From positions 32,001 through 96,000 of IMG/VR virus record IMGVR_UViG_3300002098_001673: 64,000 bases of DNA, one strand, 5' to 3'. Positions 9,731-19,102 of this stretch are shown here, one piece after another. Both the position numbers and the translations under genes were made by a program. The DNA is from a virus. The number at the start of each line of letters is the position of its first letter. Positions within the stretch are counted from its first letter, which is position 1. The notes beneath the pieces are model-generated. The model saw nothing but the letters and a program-made list of their open reading frames with translations, ran no database searches and was not told the origin of the DNA.

Positions 9731-11683
9731 TTATGTATACTTTTTCTTCTCAAGTTCAATAGCTTTACTGTCAACCATTTTATAAACTTTATCTTTAAAT
9801 TCAGAACTATTCAGATAATCGGTTAACCATTGTAAGCTTATACCAGGAGGAGCATCAACTTTAAATGTTACCGTTCCACCAAAATCAACTTGTTGATTTA
9901 TCACACTTGTCAGTGATTCATCTCCTGTTTTTCCTCTTAAATTATTATAATTATCCGATGTAATTGCCTCTACTTGAGTTGATGGTGTTGAATCAACAAT
10001 CGGCATACCAACTTGTTGATTTGCTTCTTGTGGTTTTATTTTTGTTTGTTTTCTATCTGTGTTTGGATTTACAATTTGAGTCGTTTGTTTTTGTTGTGTT
10101 GTTGGTTTTTCTTTATTTAAAAAATTTGATAAAGGTTCAAATATCATACTTTTAGCATAGTTTTCAATATCGCTTCTTTGTGGTTCTATTTTTTTATTAA
10201 TTTCTTTTACTGCATCTTTTAATACATTTAAAGCGTCTCCCTGTACTCCTTTAAATTTAGTCTCTAAACTTTTTTCGGTTTCTTTTATTTTTAATTGAAA
10301 CTCTTTATCACTCATTTTGTCTCTGCCGCTTAACAAACTTTGTATTGATGTCATAGCCGTAGCGAGTTCTTTTGTGATTGGAGTTTTTTCTACAGTTTTA
10401 TTAACAGTTCCAACAACAGCAGTAGTGAGTCTATCAACCCCTGAAATATTTTTTCTAATAACAGATAAATCAGCAACACTATATCCAATTTTATTGGAAG
10501 CTCCTTCAGCAGAATTAGCAATTTTTTCAAGAAAGTCTAATTGAGCCAAACCAATTTGTTCCATAGTTTTTGGAGCTTTTTCTTGAATTTCTTTTAATTT
10601 ACCAAATTGGTCTTTTGTAACATCTCCAAGACCTTCCCATATTTCTTGTCCTTGGTTATCTAACCCAAGTTTAACTTGATATTTCCCATCTCTCATTACT
10701 GCCATATTCGCTAATAACTTTCTATCATCTTCAGGAATATCTAATTTAACATCAGATAATCTTCTATTTAAATCGGCAGAAGCAATTGCAGCTTTTGATA
10801 ATTCAGCAGCAGTTGTACCTAATGGACCAGCCATTTCTTTTAAAGTTAAAATCCCTTGTGGATTTATTTTAAATGTTTTTGTTTTTTCATCAAATTCTGT
10901 AAATTGTTGTGTTGCCTTAATAATACTATCTTGTAATGCTCCAGGGTTTACTAAAGCATCATTCATCATAGTTAATGGGTCACCTAAATCGCCAACAGCA
11001 ACTCCTAATCTTTGGAAAGCTGAAGCAGCTTCTATTGCTCCTTCAGGACTTAATACTTTATCTGCAAAATCTGCAGTTGTTCTCATATCAAATTTTAACA
11101 TAGAAGCTTGAGCAGCCATTTTTGTTAAACCTTCAACTCCATTAGTAAAACTGAATCGATTTAACATTTCTATGTTGTTTAAAACATCTTTCATTACTGT
11201 TTTAGCATTAAGTCCAATACTTTGAACATAATGTACAGAGTCTTCAACATTTTTACCTATATTTTCAGTTTGAATTCCAACATTGATAAATGACTCGGTC
11301 AAATCTTTAAGGTCTACACCCAAAACTTTTGATGTGGCATATATTTTTGTAATAACATCTTCTGTCTCAATAACATTTCTTCTAGACGAATCGGCAATTG
11401 CCTCAATTATATTTTTAACGTCATTTATACTTCCTCCAAGTGTCCTAACAATAGGAACGGTTTTGGCAAAAGCAGATTGCATTTCATCAATCCTTTGTCC
11501 AGACGTTAAAAAACTTCTATCTAATGTTTTTGCGGCAACTATCATTTGTTCTGCAGATGTTGCCATGTTTTTCAATAAATTAGATGAAAACATATCATTA
11601 AAAGACTTTTGTAAAGTTTCTAATTGTTTTTTATACTCTTCAGCTAATTGTTCTGGAGTTTTTATTTGTTCAGAATCCGCCAT
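9731..11683 (-). CDS. Putative tape measure protein (650 aa)
   Basis: Ala/Gln/Lys-rich, helical-looking sequence; directly downstream of the tube and chaperone genes. Confidence 0.65.
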   Translation of the reverse strand: MADSEQIKTPEQLAEEYKKQLETLQKSFNDMFSSNLLKNMATSAEQMIVAAKTLDRSFLTSGQRIDEMQSAFAKTVPIVRTLGGSINDVKNIIEAIADSSRRNVIETEDVITKIYATSKVLGVDLKDLTESFINVGIQTENIGKNVEDSVHYVQSIGLNAKTVMKDVLNNIEMLNRFSFTNGVEGLTKMAAQASMLKFDMRTTADFADKVLSPEGAIEAASAFQRLGVAVGDLGDPLTMMNDALVNPGALQDSIIKATQQFTEFDEKTKTFKINPQGILTLKEMAGPLGTTAAELSKAAIASADLNRRLSDVKLDIPEDDRKLLANMAVMRDGKYQVKLGLDNQGQEIWEGLGDVTKDQFGKLKEIQEKAPKTMEQIGLAQLDFLEKIANSAEGASNKIGYSVADLSVIRKNISGVDRLTTAVVGTVNKTVEKTPITKELATAMTSIQSLLSGRDKMSDKEFQLKIKETEKSLETKFKGVQGDALNVLKDAVKEINKKIEPQRSDIENYAKSMIFEPLSNFLNKEKPTTQQKQTTQIVNPNTDRKQTKIKPQEANQQVGMPIVDSTPSTQVEAITSDNYNNLRGKTGDESLTSVINQQVDFGGTVTFKVDAPPGISLQWLTDYLNSSEFKDKVYKMVDSKAIELEKKKYT

Positions 11684-11711
11684 AATATTTTTTTTATTAT
11701 ACTATAAATAG

Positions 11712-11739
11712 AAGAAGGACTGATTTTTCAGTCCTTCTT
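11712..11739 (-). terminator. Perfect 12-bp hairpin overlapping the stop codon of the gp51-like ORF
   Basis: aagaaggactga-tttt-tcagtccttctt; weak U-tract on the minus strand. Confidence 0.55.
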
Positions 11740-11907
11740 ATTCTCTTCAATCCATTTATCAAGAAGATATTTTCTAACGAAAATTGGCATCTTTTCAAAA
11801 TCTTGGTATGTTATTTTTAATAATGTATTCAAATAGTAAAACTCATCTATTTGACCTTTCCTATAATCAGAAGAAAGGACGAAAGAAATCAACCCCAAAC
11901 CCAACAT
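11728..11907 (-). CDS. Small gp51-like tail assembly chaperone (59 aa, or C-terminal part of a frameshift product)
   Basis: Hand translation MLGLGLISFVLSSDYRKGQIDEFYYLNTLLKITYQDFEKMPIFVRKYLLDKWIEENKKD. Has the ITYQDFEKMPIFVR chaperone-like pattern; lies in the +1 frame overlapping the end of the gp26-like gene. Confidence 0.65.
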   Translation of the reverse strand: MLGLGLISFVLSSDYRKGQIDEFYYLNTLLKITYQDFEKMPIFVRKYLLDKWIEENKKD

Positions 11908-12610
11908 TAAACGTTAGTTTTTCTCCTGATGGGGTTGTTACTGTTCTATTCATATCTAATTTTGGTTCGTTTGAATCCATAAATTTTCTAATGTATTTTG
12001 AATCCGCAATAGGCATTTGTTCTACAAACTTCGCAATTTCGGCTCTATCAGTACTTCCGTCAACTTCAATAATTTCTTTTTGTAGTCTCCATGTTACTTT
12101 CGGAGCAACTCTTCCTTGAGGGTACGATTCTGTCATTTTTTGTATTTCCATAACCTCACCATAACTTAATGGTTTTATCTTAACCGTTGATTGTGATTTA
12201 GGTAATGGTGTTACAAACGTACCATCTTCTAATGGGGGTTGTCCATTAATTATTGGTAGTTCATCCAATCTAACAGTTGTTTGGAATGGTTTCCTTGTTT
12301 GGGGGTCAGTTAAAGTCATATTTATTTCAGGACCAAAAGCTGTATTTCTTAAGAAAATTAGAATTGATTCAACATCACCTTCTAATAAATCTTCAACTCT
12401 AATATCTGGTTCATATATCTTCGCTCTAAGAAGATTTAATGTGAGGTCAGAACCTCCAGCCATTAATATATTTTCATCAGAAGCGGTTAAATATCCAACT
12501 TTAATTGACTTTTTTTTATTTTTATAAAAAACTCCTTGCGATGGTAAAGGAACCACATCATGTGGTAATGTGAAATTTTGTTGAGCGTAATCTCTTGTTT
12601 GATTATCCAT
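11867..12610 (-). CDS. Baseplate hub / tail assembly chaperone (T4 gp26-like)
   Basis: VPLPSQG...YLTASDENIL...LLEGDVESILIFLR; internal two-fold repeat; ends FFRPFF; between tube and tape measure. Confidence 0.75.
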   Translation of the reverse strand: MDNQTRDYAQQNFTLPHDVVPLPSQGVFYKNKKKSIKVGYLTASDENILMAGGSDLTLNLLRAKIYEPDIRVEDLLEGDVESILIFLRNTAFGPEINMTLTDPQTRKPFQTTVRLDELPIINGQPPLEDGTFVTPLPKSQSTVKIKPLSYGEVMEIQKMTESYPQGRVAPKVTWRLQKEIIEVDGSTDRAEIAKFVEQMPIADSKYIRKFMDSNEPKLDMNRTVTTPSGEKLTFNVGFGVDFFRPFF

Positions 12611-12611
12611 A

Positions 12612-12651
12612 TAAAAAAATTAACCGTAAAGTTTATGTGCTTTACGGTTAA
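12612..12651 (-). terminator. Intrinsic terminator after the tail tube gene
   Basis: 12-bp perfect stem ttaaccgtaaag/ctttacggttaa, 8-nt loop, followed on the minus strand by a U7 tract. Confidence 0.75.
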
Positions 12652-12694
12652 ATATAATTGTTATTATTTTTAAATAAATCTTTTCTTTAAAAAA

Positions 12695-13183
12695 TTAGTA
12701 AACTAATACACATCTGTCCATTCTTAGTGTTGCTGCGATTGTTGCCAAAGCATCTGCATTGTAAGCTAATGTATTAAAGTTAACATCTGTTAAGAATGTA
12801 CCATATAATATCCATTTTTCAACAACAACTCCAGTTGGGTCCAACATTTCCAAGTCAATGTCTTTCTTATACCCTGCAGCGTATCCCATTCTACCTGTAA
12901 CAGACTCAGCGTGTAGACGAACCCATTCCATTAGGGCTTGAGCCGCAGAAGGTCCTATTGGGTCTCTAAATGTAACATTAAGAGTTTGCCATGTAAATCT
13001 ACCAGCAACATATGTTGACGTATTTAAAAAGGGTATTTCTACCGGATTAATCATAATGTGAGGTCTTTGGGCTGTTTCTACAAACCACTCATTTATTCCC
13101 AAACTTGATGGAAATCTTAAAATGAATCGATTCTGACGTTTCGGTTCATACGGTATCGGCATTTTCATTAGTAAATCAGCCAT
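12695..13183 (-). CDS. Tail tube protein (T4 gp19-like)
   Basis: YEPKRQNRF...YVAGRFTWQTLNVTFRD...GYKKDIDLEMLDPTGVVVEKWILYG; 162 aa; near sheath. Confidence 0.9.
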   Translation of the reverse strand: MADLLMKMPIPYEPKRQNRFILRFPSSLGINEWFVETAQRPHIMINPVEIPFLNTSTYVAGRFTWQTLNVTFRDPIGPSAAQALMEWVRLHAESVTGRMGYAAGYKKDIDLEMLDPTGVVVEKWILYGTFLTDVNFNTLAYNADALATIAATLRMDRCVLVY

Positions 13184-13273
13184 ATTATTATAATTTTGTT
13201 TTTTTGTTTATTTATATAAATATATCTTAGTTAAAAATTTTTCTATTTACTTTATTTTTAAATAAATTATTTC

Positions 13274-14101
13274 TTATTTAACTTCCTTTTTAATTCCTCC
13301 AGCAGTAGAATAAGTCCTAACTAGATTATCTGGTTTATCTTTAAAATGTTTCTTCATTACTTCAACATTTCTAATATCATCATCTGAAAATCCAATTAAT
13401 GGTTTTTCTGGTTTAAATTTATTAGCAATATCTTTTTTTAGATATGCTTTTTTATTTAATAGTGCCGCCATTCCTTTAATGTAAGAAACGAAATCATCCA
13501 TTGCCATAACTTTTAATTCTTCAGGATTTGCACTAGAACCACCCCCAAATGTTACAGGGTGATATTTGTTGAGTTCTAAATAAGATTTTATTAATTCATT
13601 ATCTGACATATCATCTTCATCCACAAAAGACCTATATTTTTTTAAGTTTTTAACTAATTGATTTTTATCAATACCATTAAATCCTGTAATAATATAATTA
13701 TAAATCGCTTGTTTTAATGTGTTTGGATTATGTCCCCTAGCAGTAATTATGGAAAAAATTGACCCATTATTTATTGACTCTTTAAAATCATCAAATGCTG
13801 GACCTGGTTTTGCTTTCATTGCATCAATCAAGAAAGTTTTATCACCTTCAGTTCTAAAATTTCTAAAAGGATTTTCCGCAAATCCGACTATTTTTTCTCC
13901 ATGATAATTAAAAGGTTTTGAACCAATCATTGTTCTATATTCGGCAAAATCTTCAGTACTCATTCCAATCTCATCACCATTATCATTTTTTAAAATAATT
14001 TTTGTTGGCATATGAACAATATTATCATCCCAATCGAATGCATAATATTTCATGTCAGGGGTACCTTCTTCTTTGAAACCTTCTTTAAATTCTTTTCTCA
14101 T
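13274..14101 (-). CDS. HAD-superfamily phosphatase-like protein
   Basis: Motif I AFDWDDNI, motif II IITARG, motif IV FSDDD. Confidence 0.65.
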   Translation of the reverse strand: MRKEFKEGFKEEGTPDMKYYAFDWDDNIVHMPTKIILKNDNGDEIGMSTEDFAEYRTMIGSKPFNYHGEKIVGFAENPFRNFRTEGDKTFLIDAMKAKPGPAFDDFKESINNGSIFSIITARGHNPNTLKQAIYNYIITGFNGIDKNQLVKNLKKYRSFVDEDDMSDNELIKSYLELNKYHPVTFGGGSSANPEELKVMAMDDFVSYIKGMAALLNKKAYLKKDIANKFKPEKPLIGFSDDDIRNVEVMKKHFKDKPDNLVRTYSTAGGIKKEVK

Positions 14102-14103
14102 GT

Positions 14104-14138
14104 TAAATTAAAACTGGGATACAATATGTACCCCAGTT
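14104..14138 (-). terminator. Intrinsic terminator after the sheath gene
   Basis: Minus-strand AACUGGGGUAC-AUAUU-GUAUCCCAGUU (11 bp, one G-U pair) followed by UUAAUUU. Confidence 0.7.
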
Positions 14139-14148
14139 ATTTTTTTTA

Positions 14149-17100
14149 TTATATGTTTTCAAATGAAGCTCCTGTTGGTGTGATAAAGAATTCAATATCA
14201 ATAAATTCAAGAGCTTTAGTTGGTTTAAGATAAATTTTACCTGTTAAAGTATTTCTATCTAAATCTTCAGGTGATGAAGAAACTGTTACACGGAAATCAT
14301 AAAGACCTCTATCTCTTCTGATAGAATCCAAAATAGGATTAACGCTATCCAAGAATTGTTGTCTAACGATTTGGTCGTTTTGTTCGAACAATAATCTTAC
14401 TGCTACAGCTGATATTAATTTACGAGCTTGTAATAATAATCTTCTTACATTTAACCTGTTCAATGCTGATTCAGTTACTTGTAAAGTTTTATTACCCCAA
14501 ATTACAGTTCCTACATCGGAGAAAGTTGCGATTGGGTTAATTCTACCTTGATAAAGTGTATCTCTATCTTCTTGAGTTAACTTACGTCTAGCTTTAATTG
14601 AATTTACAAGACCTCTTGTGTAACCCGCTGATGCGAACCAAGGGAATGCAATGTTATCTGTTAATGCTAAGTTTCTACAAACTTCACCTGTTGGCGGAAG
14701 ATATATTTGTGTATTATTCACAGTATCTCTCACAAGTATCCAAGGATAGTAAGTTGCTGTATAGTTTGAATCAATTCCTGTATTATCAAGATTATCAACA
14801 GCTTCTTGTGGATAAATCACATCATATTGACTTGTTCCATCAGGAGTATACATGTTATAATCTGGTGTTGTTGCAATATAAACAGAATCCGCTCTTTGAT
14901 ATTGAACCATATTAATAGTCTCTTCCACTAAATTGGAGTTATTAACATAATCGATACCTGCAGTAGCAAAAACATTAATGTTTGTTGCTTCAGGATTTGC
15001 AAAAGTTAAAATACCAAGTAAATAAGCGTAGTAATCAGAATTAGCAAAATCTTGAGTATTGTTTTGAACAACAATCCTTTTGAATAAACCATCTCCTGTA
15101 GCTGTTGGATACCTTGTTGAAGGTGCTGCTCCCGCTAAATAACCTGACGCTCCTAATTGGAATCTATCTTGGTTTGTTCTATATTCTCTATAAATGTCCC
15201 ATCCATCAAATCCACCCGCAAAACATACTGTATATTTTCTTGAGTAAATAAAATAATAAGGATTTTCTTGAGTTTCTGGGTCAAATCTAAAATCCGCAAC
15301 TCCACATTCAAAAGCAGTTTCACCACTTGTTAATAAAGCCGAATTTGAAATTGAAACTACAGTAGCTCCTGAGTCCATGTGAAATCCTTTACTTAAGTAA
15401 TTCCAAGGTGCAGAATCTGTAGCATCTGCCCATCCAACTATTGGATTTTGTTTTCCCTTATATTCTAAGAAAGATTCGTCAATTCCAAATTGACTTGAAA
15501 ATCCTAAATAAGTTCTTCTAACAATATCACCTCCAGATTCAACAGCATTTGAACCTCCTGAACTTGTTCCAAATGGAGGGTCAAATACTACTTCACCAGG
15601 ATAATAGTATTTTGTTTTATATACAGGATATGGTGATGGATTATTAACACTTTCATATTGTCTCTGTGTGTAACCATAGAATCCACAAGGAAGTGCATCT
15701 ATAGGATAATCATTAGCCATTTCCAACATGATGTATTTTGAAATCAGTGCAAATTCACCATTTGAAGAGCCTATTTTTTTAGCAACAAAACTATTTGAAC
15801 CAGGGTCCATAGTACAGTTTGTGAACTTTTCAATAACAACAGGATTTGCGTCTGTATCGTAGAAGTTTCTAACTAATACATCAAATGTCATATTGTTAAA
15901 TGATAAGTTTGCAATTGAAACTTTAATTTCTGTATTTGCAGATGCTCCGTCAGATATCGAAATAAATTTAAATAATCTATAAACTTTATTACCTCTTAAT
16001 TCTGAAACTAAAAAAGGTGTTTCAGGAGATTGATATTTTTCCAAATTCCAAGCTATAGATGAAGGGCTTTCACTTCTTGCGTCTGGAAGAGCAATTAAAT
16101 CACATTTTAAACCACGGATATAACCTTTATTGTATGCGTAATTTAATGTCGCTTGATAATACTCCTCAACAAAAATAGGAACTTGAGTTCTATTTTTTCC
16201 AAAGTTATCAATACCAAGAACTTTTGTAATATATTTTGAAGAAGATGCTAACATCGAAACTTCAAATGAGAAAGTGTTACTATCTTTAGTTATACCTGAA
16301 AGTAAAAATGTTGCGTATGGATTTTGAGTTATACCCGAATACTGACCACTACAAACTAATTGTAAATCAGTTAATCCACTAACTTCATAAACGGGACCAT
16401 GGTCAACACTATCACTACTATTAGAATATAATGATATACCTCTAGAACGAAGAGTTGAAACAACCATATTATTAAAATTAGTATATGCTGTTCCTGTAAA
16501 AGAATATGTTTTACCAGTTATAGTACCTGTAAAAGTGTTTGATGGTCCTGAAACTAAAGATGTAATAACATAATCAAAAGAATATCCTGTATAATTATTA
16601 CCACTTGTAATATCAAAATTCGCATAAAACCAAGGGTCGTTGGAAGATGCTGTTAAATCATTTGTAGCTAAATTATTTGTATCACATCCATATACATTAG
16701 TAACTGCTGAATATTGACCTGTTATTGTATTATAATTTTGTTCAGGTATCGCTCCATACATAACAACAGTTGTTGCCGATGTTTGAGGACTATCATAAAT
16801 AGAATTAATTATATTAGTAAAATCGGATGATAATGTTGATACACTGCCATCAGATAATCTATATTGTTTGTTAAAGTTTACCAAAACATTAGCAGGTAAA
16901 GAACCACTAACAAATGTTAATGTATTAGCTGAAGAAATTCCTGTGAAACTTGCCGTAAAAGTAGTTGCAGATATTCCTGAATTAATACCAATTGTTGTTG
17001 GGTCAACATTAGCAATTAAACTAAGGCTCCATGAAGGACCAGCATCATAACCAGATAATCCTAAAATTCTAGTTACAAATAATTGATTAGATTGTTGTAA

Positions 17101-17361
17101 ATAAGATTTTGCAATATATGCTGCTTCATATTTAGGAATTTGAGTATTCACAAATTTAACGGGTTCTGTTCCCCCAAAATAAGCTTGGAATTCATCATAA
17201 TTAGTGATAAAGATTGGTTCGAATGCAGGACCTTTTATAGTTTCTCCTACTAAACCTAACGTAGTAACACCGACACTTTGAGCTACAAATGATAAATCTG
17301 TCTCAGAAGTGTATACGCCGGGTGATACATATACTTTTTGATTTGCTTGTGCTGTTGCCAT
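14149..17361 (-). CDS. Contractile tail sheath protein (T4 gp18-like)
   Basis: VSPGVYTSETDLS N-terminus; YYPW, PWFASAGYTRG, LYQGRINPI, WGNKTL, LNVRRLLL, KPTKALEFIDIEF. Confidence 0.95.
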   Translation of the reverse strand: MATAQANQKVYVSPGVYTSETDLSFVAQSVGVTTLGLVGETIKGPAFEPIFITNYDEFQAYFGGTEPVKFVNTQIPKYEAAYIAKSYLQQSNQLFVTRILGLSGYDAGPSWSLSLIANVDPTTIGINSGISATTFTASFTGISSANTLTFVSGSLPANVLVNFNKQYRLSDGSVSTLSSDFTNIINSIYDSPQTSATTVVMYGAIPEQNYNTITGQYSAVTNVYGCDTNNLATNDLTASSNDPWFYANFDITSGNNYTGYSFDYVITSLVSGPSNTFTGTITGKTYSFTGTAYTNFNNMVVSTLRSRGISLYSNSSDSVDHGPVYEVSGLTDLQLVCSGQYSGITQNPYATFLLSGITKDSNTFSFEVSMLASSSKYITKVLGIDNFGKNRTQVPIFVEEYYQATLNYAYNKGYIRGLKCDLIALPDARSESPSSIAWNLEKYQSPETPFLVSELRGNKVYRLFKFISISDGASANTEIKVSIANLSFNNMTFDVLVRNFYDTDANPVVIEKFTNCTMDPGSNSFVAKKIGSSNGEFALISKYIMLEMANDYPIDALPCGFYGYTQRQYESVNNPSPYPVYKTKYYYPGEVVFDPPFGTSSGGSNAVESGGDIVRRTYLGFSSQFGIDESFLEYKGKQNPIVGWADATDSAPWNYLSKGFHMDSGATVVSISNSALLTSGETAFECGVADFRFDPETQENPYYFIYSRKYTVCFAGGFDGWDIYREYRTNQDRFQLGASGYLAGAAPSTRYPTATGDGLFKRIVVQNNTQDFANSDYYAYLLGILTFANPEATNINVFATAGIDYVNNSNLVEETINMVQYQRADSVYIATTPDYNMYTPDGTSQYDVIYPQEAVDNLDNTGIDSNYTATYYPWILVRDTVNNTQIYLPPTGEVCRNLALTDNIAFPWFASAGYTRGLVNSIKARRKLTQEDRDTLYQGRINPIATFSDVGTVIWGNKTLQVTESALNRLNVRRLLLQARKLISAVAVRLLFEQNDQIVRQQFLDSVNPILDSIRRDRGLYDFRVTVSSSPEDLDRNTLTGKIYLKPTKALEFIDIEFFITPTGASFENI

Positions 17362-17423
17362 TATTTAATAATTCTATTGTGGATTTATTTTAATGATAAA
17401 TATTAGTTAGAATGTGAAAAAAC

Positions 17424-17445
17424 TTGACTTTTAAATATATATTTG
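17424..17445 (+). promoter_or_regulatory. Candidate host-type promoter: TATATTTG (Bacteroidota -7 element TAnnTTTG) with upstream TTG
   Basis: TATATTTG at 17438-17445, upstream of the small DNA-binding gene; spacing to TTG shorter than canonical. Confidence 0.4.
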
Positions 17446-17481
17446 TAAATGGTGAGAATAAATTCTACCTTTTTTCTACCT

Positions 17482-17643
17482 ATGAAAATAAAGAAAGAAA
17501 TAAAAAATATTAAAATATCGCCAGAATCACACGATGTCTTAAAAAAATACTGTGATAAGAGGGGAATTAAAATTTATAAATTTTTAGAAAATTTAATTTT
17601 TGAAAAGTGTAAAGAAAAAAAAGATATTTATGGGGAGAATTAA
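17482..17643 (+). CDS. Small ribbon-helix-helix-like DNA-binding protein
   Basis: KNIKISPESHDVLKKYCDKRGIKIYKFLENLI; likely start ATG 17482. Confidence 0.6.
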   Translation: MKIKKEIKNIKISPESHDVLKKYCDKRGIKIYKFLENLIFEKCKEKKDIYGEN

Positions 17644-18680
17644 ACTAATTTACAATTATAAATAATTGTTGAATCTTTTGTATCATCATTTTTGATTACT
17701 TCTATTCTTAGAATATCGTTTGTTGTGATTTGAATTATTTCTACATTACTACCATAATAATTGTTGTTTATATAAACATCAAACGAATCAATATTGTCGG
17801 TCGACACTAAATTCATATTTGCGGTAAAATCCATAACATCACTTAATGTATTATTATCAACAACAAATAAAAAATCTAATTTAAATTCATCAGGATTTTC
17901 AGGGAATCTTAAAGGTTTCTTTTTTAATGTACTTGTATCAATTTCAAACAATTGAACAACTCTTGAAATTGCTGGTTTAACTTGAAATTCTTCTTCGTCA
18001 ATAAGATATCCCAACATTGTAAAATCATAATTCTGTATATAATATTTTCTTTTATCTAAATCCATAACAGATTCATCAGAAATATTATTCATTATTATTG
18101 GAACATATTGTCCTTTAATAAAAGTATATGCTTGTCTTGAAGAAAATTTTTGTAAAACAACTTTATTAAGTTGATTTAATTCTCTCATTCTATTACAAAT
18201 AATTTTCACACTATAATTAATATCAACAGGTACAGGTTGTGGTATTGTGTATATATCCATACCTTGTCTGTTTCCATCCCATGTTGGGACCGATGCATAA
18301 TAAAATTGTTTTCTGTTTGGTATTGTATATTGAAGTGACGGATTTGTTCCGTATTTGACTTCGGGACTTCTAACAACAGTTATAAATGGAAGTTTAACAT
18401 TTAAATCGTTATCTTGAAAAGTCCCTGTTTCTGCAAACTGAGACCAATTCTGTGTTGTAATCATAATATCAATCATAGGTACAACAGCACCTTCACTAAC
18501 AACTTTCAATTCTTCTTTAACAAAATCTAACATACCTCTATCCAAATCTGCATGCAATACTGATTTAGGTAGATACGTCCCATCAGAGTTGATGTACTCC
18601 AATAATTGCTCTCTTCTTGCTGAAAGAATTTTTTTTGGAACTAAAGGTAATGTTTTTTTTATTTGTTTTGGAAATCCCAT
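17640..18680 (-). CDS. Tail terminator / sheath stabiliser (T4 gp15-like)
   Basis: KLPFITVVR...PQPVPVDINYSVKIIC...YDFTMLGYL; adjacent to sheath and neck genes. Confidence 0.7.
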   Translation of the reverse strand: MGFPKQIKKTLPLVPKKILSARREQLLEYINSDGTYLPKSVLHADLDRGMLDFVKEELKVVSEGAVVPMIDIMITTQNWSQFAETGTFQDNDLNVKLPFITVVRSPEVKYGTNPSLQYTIPNRKQFYYASVPTWDGNRQGMDIYTIPQPVPVDINYSVKIICNRMRELNQLNKVVLQKFSSRQAYTFIKGQYVPIIMNNISDESVMDLDKRKYYIQNYDFTMLGYLIDEEEFQVKPAISRVVQLFEIDTSTLKKKPLRFPENPDEFKLDFLFVVDNNTLSDVMDFTANMNLVSTDNIDSFDVYINNNYYGSNVEIIQITTNDILRIEVIKNDDTKDSTIIYNCKLV

Positions 18681-18682
18681 AA

Positions 18683-19096
18683 TTATTTTTTTGTTACAAA
18701 TATTTTATCTTTAGAATTTATCATATTAACTTTATTGGCATGATAAACTGGTTCTTGATTATCTTTATATACAAAAGTATCAAACATATAAGGATTATAT
18801 GTTACAATTTTTCCAAATGTTTTTACAGGTAAATCATCACAAGGAAATTCACAATAATCCAATAATTTACCTATTACAAAGGCATGAACATTTTTACTTT
18901 TTTCAGTTCTAACTTTTTCTTTACCACCTTGTCTAACTCTAAATTCAACATCACCAAGTTTAACATAATCGGCGTGCATAATAACTTTACCATCATATGT
19001 TACCGAAAAAGTGTGTTTATGTAAATTATAATAAACCATAACTTTTTTACCTACAAATAAAGAATCAAATTGAGATTCGTTAATAATAGTTTTCAT
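18683..19096 (-). CDS. Conserved phage hypothetical protein with an MKTIINESQF leader
   Basis: YYNLHKHTFSV...VRQGGKEKVRTEKSKNVHAFVIG, a pattern I recall from phage hypotheticals; function unknown. Confidence 0.6.
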   Translation of the reverse strand: MKTIINESQFDSLFVGKKVMVYYNLHKHTFSVTYDGKVIMHADYVKLGDVEFRVRQGGKEKVRTEKSKNVHAFVIGKLLDYCEFPCDDLPVKTFGKIVTYNPYMFDTFVYKDNQEPVYHANKVNMINSKDKIFVTKK

Positions 19097-19102
19097 AATA
19101 TT

